Shown here: piece by piece, positions 18,632 through 26,543 of the stretch | How the letters are laid out: the number at the start of each line of letters is the position of its first letter | Position numbering within the stretch: the first letter of the stretch is position 1 | Virus record (IMG/VR): IMGVR_UViG_3300018476_000013 | Location: 1-64,000 of that record | Direction: 5' to 3' (one strand) | DNA length: 64,000 nucleotides | From: a virus | The notes under the pieces: generated by a model | The model's database searches: none | The model's input: the letters and a program-made list of their open reading frames with translations, nothing else | What the model was told of the DNA's origin: nothing | Position numbers and translations under genes: made by a program

Positions 18632-18678
18632 ATGAAGGAAAGAGGTTTACTCTTCCCTTCATTTGCCTTACTGGTAGG
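18632..18678 (+). promoter_or_regulatory. Early promoter, repeat family
   Basis: ATGAAGGAAAGAG..CTCTTCCCTTCAT around TTTACT; 17 nt; TACTGG. Confidence 0.65.
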
Positions 18679-18696
18679 TGATCAACAAGGAGCCAG

Positions 18697-18987
18697 ATGA
18701 TGTTCAAGATCAATGATGTGGTTGGATTTATCGACCAAGAAGCTTCCGCCCCGGTTCTCGCCGTCGCCGGTGATCAAGTCCTCGTGGCCTTTGGTCCCCG
18801 GTGGATCAATTGCTCGGACGAACCCAGCTTCATTGGCTGTGCCAACACCACCAACCCCAAGCTGGGGGATCTGGTGGAAGTCTATGGTGTCCCGGGACAT
18901 CATGAAATCCTCGGCCGTCGCGATGGCGATGTGCTGGTGGATACCGGCCCGACCTGGTACGACACTGAAACCATGTGCTTTATGTAA
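18697..18987 (+). CDS. Hypothetical protein with internal duplication
   Basis: AAGGAG RBS; two similar halves. Confidence 0.6.
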   Translation: MMFKINDVVGFIDQEASAPVLAVAGDQVLVAFGPRWINCSDEPSFIGCANTTNPKLGDLVEVYGVPGHHEILGRRDGDVLVDTGPTWYDTETMCFM

Positions 18988-19463
18988 TGACCATGCGGTG
19001 GCGTCAAATCCCAGGATCTGACTATGAAGTTTCTGATTACGGTCAGGTTCGAAAAGGAAAAAACCTTTGTCGGGAATATATCCTCCCAACTGGTTATCGA
19101 TCTGTCTGGGTCAAGATCAATGGTCAGTGGGCACAAAAATACGTTCATAGATTGGTGCTCGAAATCTTTGTCGGTCCTTGTCCTCCCGGACAAGAATGCC
19201 GGCATCGGGATGGGGACAATGGGAATAATTATTGGAAGAATTTGAAGTGGGGGACACCAAAGGAAAATGGTCAAGACAAGATCAAACATGGGACAGCCCA
19301 AAATGGAGAACTCGTCCCCCAATCAAAACTGACGTGGGTGCAGGTCCGGTCAATCCGGAAAGCCCAAGGTCCTCGTGGACTCGGTAAAAAATTAGCAGAG
19401 CAACATGGTGTTTCTTCTGCAACGATATCGCTCATTCGAGCAAACAAAGGATGGAGAGAATAA
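18987..19463 (+). CDS. NUMOD4/HNH endonuclease
   Basis: WRQIPGSDYEVSDYGQVR; VHRLVLEIFVG...CRHRDGDNGNNYWKNLKWGT..EN. Confidence 0.9.
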   Translation: MTMRWRQIPGSDYEVSDYGQVRKGKNLCREYILPTGYRSVWVKINGQWAQKYVHRLVLEIFVGPCPPGQECRHRDGDNGNNYWKNLKWGTPKENGQDKIKHGTAQNGELVPQSKLTWVQVRSIRKAQGPRGLGKKLAEQHGVSSATISLIRANKGWRE

Positions 19464-19464
19464 G

Positions 19465-19839
19465 ATGCGTATGTTTTTTTATGGAACATTGAAAGAAGGT
19501 TTCTGGAACCATAACCGTTTCATCGGTGGTTCAGAATTCCTAGGCATCGGTCGGACAGCTTATCGTTACTTGATGCTCGGGCATAGTGTCCCCATGATCA
19601 TGCCATCCAAGAAAGGCAAGCCGGTCACGGGTGAAGTGTACGAGGTGGATCGTTCCCGCTTGCCGGACCTGGATCGATTGGAAAGCGCCTATGCGCGGGT
19701 CCGTGGTGAGATCCGAATGGATGATGGCAGCACCATCTGGGCCAGCTATTACATCGGCCGAAACAAGCAGTACTGGCTGGGCAATGGTCCCAACCCATGG
19801 GACCACGGCGAAGTCTTCACCTGGAGCATCGACCAATGA
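19465..19839 (+). CDS. Second GGCT/AIG2-like protein
   Basis: FFYGTLKEG..NH; GEVYEV; LDRLE. Confidence 0.85.
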   Translation: MRMFFYGTLKEGFWNHNRFIGGSEFLGIGRTAYRYLMLGHSVPMIMPSKKGKPVTGEVYEVDRSRLPDLDRLESAYARVRGEIRMDDGSTIWASYYIGRNKQYWLGNGPNPWDHGEVFTWSIDQ

Positions 19840-20003
19840 TCGTTCAACCACACGAAAAGAAAGCCATGGAAGAAATGGTGATCAACACTCGGGCCATGGT
19901 CGATGTCCTGGGTGGGCGTCAGCACCCCCACTGCATCAAGTTGATGGTGTGGGCGCAGATCCTCGAAGAATTCCTCGACCGGGTAGACCAGGAGCAAAAG
20001 TGA
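19836..20003 (+). CDS. Hypothetical protein
   Basis: ATGA-coupled. Confidence 0.45.
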   Translation: MIVQPHEKKAMEEMVINTRAMVDVLGGRQHPHCIKLMVWAQILEEFLDRVDQEQK

Positions 20004-20335
20004 TGTGGCGATTGATGGCTATGATTATGGTGATGTCGGACACGGGTGGCGTATCACTCGTGGCCACGCACACTGATTGGCCGGATGAGGTATCCTGCCG
20101 GCAAATCTTGCAGAGCCACTACACGCCACCACCGCCGACGGAATTCAACGGCCACATGGCGACTGCCAAGATCAGTGCTTCTTGTGTCCCGGTTGGCCTG
20201 GTGGCGCCACCCGTCGTTGCAGAGGGTGGTGATATGGTCCCGCCATTGCTGCCACGCCAGATGCTGCCCCCTGAAATAGAATTACGGACACGGCGACAGC
20301 CGGCAGATTTCTTTCGGCCCATGTTCGTTCGATAG
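20003..20335 (+). CDS. Hypothetical protein
   Basis: MWRLMAMIMV.. start refined to the TGATG overlap. Confidence 0.5.
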   Translation: MWRLMAMIMVMSDTGGVSLVATHTDWPDEVSCRQILQSHYTPPPPTEFNGHMATAKISASCVPVGLVAPPVVAEGGDMVPPLLPRQMLPPEIELRTRRQPADFFRPMFVR

Positions 20336-20344
20336 GAGAGCACC

Positions 20345-20551
20345 ATGAATGAAATAAAACTGAACCGGCCACGGGTCACCGATGATGACAAGGGATCAAT
20401 CCTCATCACATGGCAGGGGAAACAGATCCGCGGCTATTCCTATCAGAGTGATAATGAGCGCCGGATGAAAATGGTTTACGCCCGCGAGTATATCGAGGGC
20501 TGGGTTGACGGCAAGGACTATGGCTTGATGAAGTTATTCCTGCCGAGCTGA
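20345..20551 (+). CDS. Hypothetical protein
   Basis: AGGAG RBS. Confidence 0.6.
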   Translation: MNEIKLNRPRVTDDDKGSILITWQGKQIRGYSYQSDNERRMKMVYAREYIEGWVDGKDYGLMKLFLPS

Positions 20552-20668
20552 TGTCGAGGAATACTAGTTTACTTTTCTTCACCTTACAGGTACACCAATC
20601 TTACTTTGCATCAATGGACCCGTGCAGAGCCACACAGATACCCATCAACAGGGTCCAGGAGAAGTATC

Positions 20669-20905
20669 GTGAAGCATCTTACTTTCAATGCAGTGAGTGG
20701 TGAAGGCGAATTCGGCGAGGATGATGTGCGGGAAGAGATCACTCTGCCCCACACGATCATCAACCCCGAAGAGCGGATCAGGAGTTTCGGTCCGCGTAAG
20801 GGCAACCGGCAGGGCACGCGTATCGTGTTCATGTCCGGTGCCGGCCTGCCGGTGAAGGAGTCGCCCGACGAAGTCATGGCTGCTCTCCAGTCACTGAGCA
20901 ACTAA
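20669..20905 (+). CDS. Hypothetical protein
   Basis: AGGAG RBS before GTG; C-terminal VKESPDEV. Confidence 0.55.
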   Translation: MKHLTFNAVSGEGEFGEDDVREEITLPHTIINPEERIRSFGPRKGNRQGTRIVFMSGAGLPVKESPDEVMAALQSLSN

Positions 20906-20906
20906 G

Positions 20907-21506
20907 ATGAGCAAGACCCCCGGGCTTGTTTGGGATGTCAAGACCTCCCGATGGTTGGCACCTGAAGAAGTTCGGGGGTCACTCACCCGAATTCTTAATC
21001 AAACAGAAACCAGGACGAAAACGATGAAGCCAGAATATAATACGATGACTGGGCAGCAGTTGCTTGCTGCCTACAATGCGATGGCGGGACAACCCCGCAA
21101 GTCGAAATTCCATACGCGCGAAGATGGTGTGGTTGCCTGCGAGAAATTGTGGGCTGAGAAGAAGCCCGCCAAGGTCAAGGTCACGTCCCACCCAGTTGCC
21201 AACCCGGATAACGTCAAGCTGACGTTTGAACCCGAGGCCAAGAAAAATGGCAATGGCAAAGCCAAGGGCGATGGCAAGGCTCCTAAGAAATCTTCCCGGC
21301 TGGATTTGAAGATCACGCTCTTGGTGGAGGACAACCCCCGCCGTGTTTCTCCGAATGGTCCCACGGATGCTCACAAGCATTTCGAGGCCATGCGGGGTGG
21401 CATCACCATCAGGGAATATCTGGCCAAGTTCAAGCCAGAAGACCGCCGGAAGGCTGGGCAATGGTTGTCCAACACTAAGCGGGATAAATTTGTTCGCGTC
21501 GGATGA
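20907..21506 (+). CDS. Lys-rich protein with C-terminal NPRR domain
   Basis: Paralogous to 10954..11175. Confidence 0.65.
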   Translation: MSKTPGLVWDVKTSRWLAPEEVRGSLTRILNQTETRTKTMKPEYNTMTGQQLLAAYNAMAGQPRKSKFHTREDGVVACEKLWAEKKPAKVKVTSHPVANPDNVKLTFEPEAKKNGNGKAKGDGKAPKKSSRLDLKITLLVEDNPRRVSPNGPTDAHKHFEAMRGGITIREYLAKFKPEDRRKAGQWLSNTKRDKFVRVG

Positions 21507-21520
21507 CACGAACAGATCGG

Positions 21521-21558
21521 CGAGGGTGAACTGGTTCAGTGTATCACCCTCGTTTTTT
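21521..21558 (+). terminator. Rho-independent terminator
   Basis: CGAGGGTGA..TCACCCTCG-T6. Confidence 0.7.
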
Positions 21559-21577
21559 ATAAACCAGAGAGGGCGTT

Positions 21578-21772
21578 ATGGCAGCAGTAAAAAAGAAAAG
21601 GAAACGGGGTGGTGCTAGCATGCCCTGCCCCGAGTGTGGGTCTCATTCTCATGTGATCATCACCAAGAGGATAGATGACAAAGTTGAGCGGCAGCGGGAA
21701 TGCCTGGGTCGGCGGCCTCACAAATTTCACACTTACGAAGAGGTCAGTTATGAAGCTGTATCTAGCAGCTAG
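21578..21772 (+). CDS. NrdR-N-terminal-like Zn-ribbon protein
   Basis: MPCPECGS..VI.T....ERQREC....KFHTYE. Confidence 0.65.
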   Translation: MAAVKKKRKRGGASMPCPECGSHSHVIITKRIDDKVERQRECLGRRPHKFHTYEEVSYEAVSSS

Positions 21773-22154
21773 GTTCGCCAGGCGGGAAAAATTAGTAACC
21801 GACGCCATCCCATTCCTAGAAGAAGATGGTCACAAGATCACTTCACGATGGTTATGGGAAGAGGATGATGGAGGAGAAGGCGCGGCCCGGATCTGCCTGC
21901 AGGACATTGACAGGTCTGAGGCCGTGGTTCTTTTCACTGATCCAGTGGGGTCAAAGAATGCAGGTGGCGGTCGTTGGTTTGAAGCTGGATATGCTTACGC
22001 CAACAATCGCCGCCTGTTCATTGTGGGTGAACAAGAGGCCGTGTTCACTTACCTGCCCCTGATCACTGTTTGCCAGGACGTCGACCACTTACGGCGTGAA
22101 CTCGACAACTACAATACCGACCTCATTAAACATCTGGCGCGTCCACTCAGCTGA
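21750..22154 (+). CDS. Nucleoside 2-deoxyribosyltransferase/nucleotide hydrolase-like protein
   Basis: KLYLAARF, CLQDIDRSEAVV, GGRWFEAGYAYA. Confidence 0.8.
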   Translation: MKLYLAARFARREKLVTDAIPFLEEDGHKITSRWLWEEDDGGEGAARICLQDIDRSEAVVLFTDPVGSKNAGGGRWFEAGYAYANNRRLFIVGEQEAVFTYLPLITVCQDVDHLRRELDNYNTDLIKHLARPLS

Positions 22155-22517
22155 GGATTTCCAGGGCTCACGGTCAAGCGGGGGTGGAGTGATCACCCGC
22201 TTGATGCCCCTGGAGACAATGGACTTGGCGCATTCATTGCACGGAAACATCGTCACTGCTAATGTGCTGCCCTCTAGATCGAAGTGGGCATTGTCCAAGG
22301 CATTGCGTTCAGCGTGCTGGGTCATGGCGTACTTGGTATTCTTATCCAGCAACCGCTCAGGGCTGTCTTCTATGCCAGGCGGAAATCCATTGTAGCCGAT
22401 GGTGATGTTCCGGCGGTCTTTGCCGACAATGACTGCACCCACTCGCGTGGACGGGTCCTTGCTCCACACAGCTACATGATGGGCCAAAACAAAATATCGT
22501 TGATCCCAGTCGGTCAT
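22089..22517 (-). CDS. dCMP deaminase
   Basis: SKDPSTRVGAVI, GYNGFP, HAERNAL, PCNECAK. Confidence 0.92.
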   Translation of the reverse strand: MTDWDQRYFVLAHHVAVWSKDPSTRVGAVIVGKDRRNITIGYNGFPPGIEDSPERLLDKNTKYAMTQHAERNALDNAHFDLEGSTLAVTMFPCNECAKSIVSRGIKRVITPPPLDREPWKSSAEWTRQMFNEVGIVVVEFTP

Positions 22518-22690
22518 CAAACAAATCCCTTTTCTTCCGCCAGCCATTCAGGCATGGTGAAGGTCCCATCTTTGTTGTCCTCGACCTGGGACTTGGGCAC
22601 CCATTCCGTTTTGATCCCATCGAAAAGACGATACGCTTTTTCCGTTTCGCCTCGGAGCTCTGCCGCTATGTCGATAAGCTTTTCGGCCAT
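22517..22690 (-). CDS. Small conserved phage protein
   Basis: ETEKAY..DG...WVPKSQVE...MPEWLAEEKG. Confidence 0.6.
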   Translation of the reverse strand: MAEKLIDIAAELRGETEKAYRLFDGIKTEWVPKSQVEDNKDGTFTMPEWLAEEKGFV

Positions 22691-23058
22691 CACGCTACCA
22701 GATCCGAAAGGTCCGGGGCGGTCCAACCCATGGGCTTGACTACATCATGAGCCGATCCCCGCTTCGAGTCCGAACCATCGGCCTTGGCCTTGACTTTCTT
22801 CATGTTGGCTTCGTGAACCCGCTTCCATGCTTCATCAAAGTCAAAGCCGTGCAGGTACGCTGTGCCCAGGGCGACATAGACCAGATCGACCAAAGCATCG
22901 AGCTTGTCCTCTAATGGATACTCACAATATTCGGTCAGCTCCTCGGTCATGAATTTCAATCGGAAGGATGCCAGGTCATCCGGCAATTGCCGAGGGCCGT
23001 CAGTGTAGGCCAATCCGAATTTCTCGTGGAAATCTTTGATGTCAGAATAGAAGCTCAT
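22690..23058 (-). CDS. MazG-like / PRA-PH family NTP pyrophosphohydrolase
   Basis: EELTEY, DALVDLVYVALG, VHEANMKK, VVKP.GW.APDL. Confidence 0.88.
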   Translation of the reverse strand: MSFYSDIKDFHEKFGLAYTDGPRQLPDDLASFRLKFMTEELTEYCEYPLEDKLDALVDLVYVALGTAYLHGFDFDEAWKRVHEANMKKVKAKADGSDSKRGSAHDVVKPMGWTAPDLSDLVA

Positions 23059-23393
23059 ATGATCACTCGTTTCCTTGGTTGGAGAGGTGGTAGGTCTTCC
23101 AGCATAAAATCTAATGCACGGCCAATCGGGGTCGATGGCTGTCCATCAGAATCTCTTAAACACGCTTCACGCAAGTCAGTCACGGGACATCCATGCTGGA
23201 TGGCCAATGACACAGCAATGGCAGCATCAGAGGCAGCCATGTCCACTTCACTGCCGGCACGGCCACTGCTGTTAAGGAATAGTTCACCAGGTTCACCGTT
23301 GTCGTAATATCCAATGGTGACATGGTACTTCTGATTTTGATGTTCGAACTTGATCGTCTGATGAGCCCGACGATTGGGAAGTCTGTTTCGCAT
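23055..23393 (-). CDS. Stand-alone TSCPD domain (class II RNR C-terminal-like)
   Basis: RNRLPNRR, G.PGELFL, AIAVSLAIQHG. Confidence 0.75.
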   Translation of the reverse strand: MRNRLPNRRAHQTIKFEHQNQKYHVTIGYYDNGEPGELFLNSSGRAGSEVDMAASDAAIAVSLAIQHGCPVTDLREACLRDSDGQPSTPIGRALDFMLEDLPPLQPRKRVII

Positions 23394-24829
23394 TACACCA
23401 CCCATTCCCTTGGAGGATCAGACATCACCACGATTGCCAAGTCAATTTTCTTTCGCATGGCGTAAATGATTTTCCACTCAACAGTATCCCGAGTGGCGAA
23501 GTCAACCACCGTCACTCGATCTGTTTTCTTGACGTGCGATGCTCGTTCCTCTGATTGGTCCCGGTGCTCCAGGTTGTCGGTGTTGGAGTAATAGACAATC
23601 AGGTTTGCTTCAGACCAATCCCTGCCACGGCCACCACTACCGGGGGTGGCAACAATGAACCGGCAGTCGGGGTCAGTCTTGAACCTGTTGGAATTCTCTT
23701 CTCGGTCCTTGCGGTTCTGTCCCCAGAATTCCACCACTGATCCGGCGCCGAACTCTTTGGTGATGGCTGCAGCGACCTTCAGAAGATCCCGGCCATAGCT
23801 GCACCAGATGATTGCCTTGCCATCATACTCGCCGAGTAGATCAAGCAATGATTGGGTCCGGTTCTCGGGCACGGCATGTGCTGATTGATCTTCCGCCGTC
23901 GCCCATCCGCAGCACAGTTGATGCAGGCGCAGGTTGGTGGTGATGCTTTGTTGCGCCGACATGTAAACACCGGGAGAGATTTCCGCCGTGGCCGTGGCTT
24001 CCATCTCAGCGTAGAGCCGTTCCTGTTGTGGGGTCATCTCGACCTCACGAGTGACGTACAATTTCTCAGGGACATCCGAACAATCTTCCAGGCGCTTGCG
24101 GTAGCTGTGGGGTTCTAATTTCCTCCACAACTCTTCAACCTTGTCCGTGAACCGGACTGGAATGCGAATGGAATACTTGCCACCAACCCGCAGGTGCTTG
24201 ACGATGGCATATCGCTGTTCGAATGCTTTGTAGCTGATGAAGCCCAGCAATCCAGGTTTCAAGAATTCGAACTGCCCCCATAGATCAAGCGGGCTTCGGG
24301 GTGTTGGCAGGCCAGTCAAGATCCTGGTCCGCGTGGCCATGGGCCTCAGGGCGTGCAATGTCCTGGCACGGCTTGACCCCGTGGTGACATTCTCCCAATT
24401 CTTGATCGTGGTCGCTTCATCGACGATCAGGGTTGACTCAGGATGGCTTTGCAAGATCTGGGCGCACGCGTGCCGAATGGCATCCACTGTGCTGAAGGCT
24501 TCGACATTGGCAACCAAGATCCTGGGCCGGTTACCTTTCACGAATAGATGCTCGATAGATTTCTTGCCCCGCTTGCTGTCCCATATGCCAATCAATGGCC
24601 GATCAGGTTCTTCAAGATGATTGGCGAATTCAGTTTCCCAGACGCGGTATGATCCCGCCGGCGCCGTGATGACTAGGGCGCCACCCCGTTTCAGATTATT
24701 CGTCTGCTGCCAATCGTCGATGGCGACTTTGGTCTTGCCCGTTCGCATGGCCATCAGCAACGCGAAAACGTCGCGGCCGGCCATCCGTTGAAGAGCTTCA
24801 ATTTGATGTGCATAAGGTCTGAATGTCAT
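23393..24829 (-). CDS. SNF2-family helicase
   Basis: PYAHQ, MRTGKT, VDEAT, LTGLP, QSEERASH. Confidence 0.9.
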   Translation of the reverse strand: MTFRPYAHQIEALQRMAGRDVFALLMAMRTGKTKVAIDDWQQTNNLKRGGALVITAPAGSYRVWETEFANHLEEPDRPLIGIWDSKRGKKSIEHLFVKGNRPRILVANVEAFSTVDAIRHACAQILQSHPESTLIVDEATTIKNWENVTTGSSRARTLHALRPMATRTRILTGLPTPRSPLDLWGQFEFLKPGLLGFISYKAFEQRYAIVKHLRVGGKYSIRIPVRFTDKVEELWRKLEPHSYRKRLEDCSDVPEKLYVTREVEMTPQQERLYAEMEATATAEISPGVYMSAQQSITTNLRLHQLCCGWATAEDQSAHAVPENRTQSLLDLLGEYDGKAIIWCSYGRDLLKVAAAITKEFGAGSVVEFWGQNRKDREENSNRFKTDPDCRFIVATPGSGGRGRDWSEANLIVYYSNTDNLEHRDQSEERASHVKKTDRVTVVDFATRDTVEWKIIYAMRKKIDLAIVVMSDPPREWVV

Positions 24830-24859
24830 GGTGCCCTTCATAAAATAAAAATCGCCAGG

Positions 24860-24906
24860 GGTATACACTGAATTTTAGTTAGGATAAACCTTCAACTTCA
24901 CTTCAA
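24860..24906 (-). promoter_or_regulatory. Promoter for the SNF2/nucleotide-metabolism operon
   Basis: Minus strand: GAAGTGAAGTTGAAGG TTTATC-17-(TG)TATACC. Confidence 0.55.
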
Positions 24907-24918
24907 CTGGAGCAGCAA

Positions 24919-25176
24919 ATGGACGTAGTAAAACTGACGGAAGAACGAGGTCAAGTCCATGGGGACTTTACCGACGTATCGGAGATCGCCCAAAGCTTAA
25001 AGGCCGTTGTCCGTAATGGCAAGTCATTCAATCAATTGACGAGGGTGCAGGTTGAAGGCCTCGACATGATCCTGCACAAGATCGCCCGGATCGTTTCGGG
25101 CAATGCCAACCACCATGATCATTGGGATGACGTCGCCGGGTATGCTCACATCGTATCGAAGAGGATCACCAAGTAA
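24919..25176 (+). CDS. DUF6378-like protein
   Basis: ERGQVHGDF...KIARIVSGN...DHWDDVAGYA. Confidence 0.75.
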   Translation: MDVVKLTEERGQVHGDFTDVSEIAQSLKAVVRNGKSFNQLTRVQVEGLDMILHKIARIVSGNANHHDHWDDVAGYAHIVSKRITK

Positions 25177-26543
25177 TGTGTGGCTGGGTAGCACAAGCTG
25201 AAGTTGAAAACGATGAGCACTTCGCCGAAGCCATTCGGAGGATCAGCCATCGCGGCACTCGAGTGACCATCAAGGAAACAAACGGCAGCATCCTTGCTCA
25301 CTCCCGTTTGCCGATTGTCGGGCTGTCAGAAAAATACGACCAGCCCGTCGAGACGGATGACTGGCTGATTGCATTCTCCGGGGAGGTCCTGGACTTCAGG
25401 GAGGAAGACCCCGCTGCCGAATGTGATTTGCCTCTCGTTGTCGAGGGTTGGGAGCGGTATAAGTCCAAAGCCCTCAGGGGCCGGGATGGGTTCTGGAATA
25501 TCATCGCCATCGATAAAACAGATGGAACGCTCCACATTACATGCGATTACCTGGGACAGAAGCCAGCCTATTACCGGCAGGATGTTCTGGCTGCCGCTTC
25601 CGAACCGGATGCATTACTGCCCCTCGGGCCGGTGACATTCGATGAAGTGTACCTGGCAGCGGTGATCAAGTGGGGATACTGCCCGGAGATCGAGCGGACC
25701 CCTTACAATGAGATCAAGAAAGTCCGGCCGGGGGAGCATATCCAACTGGATGATCTTGGGACATTCGGCCAAGGACAAATCGTCGATCAATTGGTGCCCC
25801 GGCCAGGTGACCTGCGGAAGGAAATAGAACTGGCCGTCCGCCGGCGGGTAATGGCATCAGATGTGCCGGTGGCTTGCTTGTTGTCGGGTGGATTGGACAG
25901 CTCAATCGTTTATACCTTGGCCTCGTGCTATGGCCAGGTCAAGCCATATTACGTCGACCTCGGGGACAATGACATAGAAGAACGAATGGCCGTTGGTGCT
26001 GTCGCCGGCAAGGCCAAGGTCATGGAGGTCAACGGTTCTTCACTTGACATCCCGGTGATGGAGCAACTGGACTACATGCAAGAGCCCATCGACCTGGGTT
26101 CGTTGGTGCCACAGATCGCTTTGGCCCGTGTCATCCCTGAGAATGTTTGCCTGACGGGCGATGGTGCTGATGAAGTGTTCGGGGGTTATGGCAGGGCATA
26201 TCGTTATGACAGCCAGGGCTCGGATGTATTCCATGAATTGCCGGCGTGGCATCTGCCGCGGCTTGATCGGGTGATGATGAGGCACCTGATTGAAGTACGC
26301 AGCCCATTCTTGTCCCGCCGGGTGGTCGAGATTGGATTGTCCTTGCCCAGGGAATTGAGGACCGGCAAGCGGATACTCCGGGAAATCTTCCGGGACATCC
26401 TGCCTAAGAGCATTGCCGATCGGGCCAAGAAGCCATTGCGGATGCTGGGCATCAATGAAGCCCATCGCATTCATATGGTCAACGAGTTCAAACGGCGTCA
26501 TTACATCCGCAATGAAATGGATGTCGAGGAGATGAGTCGATGA
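25176..26543 (+). CDS. Asparagine synthase B-like amidotransferase/amide ligase
   Basis: N-terminal MCG, HRG, HSRL; PP-loop SGGLDSS; GDGADEVFGGY; EVRSPFL. Confidence 0.9.
   Translation: MCGWVAQAEVENDEHFAEAIRRISHRGTRVTIKETNGSILAHSRLPIVGLSEKYDQPVETDDWLIAFSGEVLDFREEDPAAECDLPLVVEGWERYKSKALRGRDGFWNIIAIDKTDGTLHITCDYLGQKPAYYRQDVLAAASEPDALLPLGPVTFDEVYLAAVIKWGYCPEIERTPYNEIKKVRPGEHIQLDDLGTFGQGQIVDQLVPRPGDLRKEIELAVRRRVMASDVPVACLLSGGLDSSIVYTLASCYGQVKPYYVDLGDNDIEERMAVGAVAGKAKVMEVNGSSLDIPVMEQLDYMQEPIDLGSLVPQIALARVIPENVCLTGDGADEVFGGYGRAYRYDSQGSDVFHELPAWHLPRLDRVMMRHLIEVRSPFLSRRVVEIGLSLPRELRTGKRILREIFRDILPKSIADRAKKPLRMLGINEAHRIHMVNEFKRRHYIRNEMDVEEMSR

Noticed and set aside
18987-19463. HNH gene as part of a group I intron
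   Set aside because: Flanking ORFs look complete and tightly coupled, and there is no room for an intron core; free-standing endonuclease
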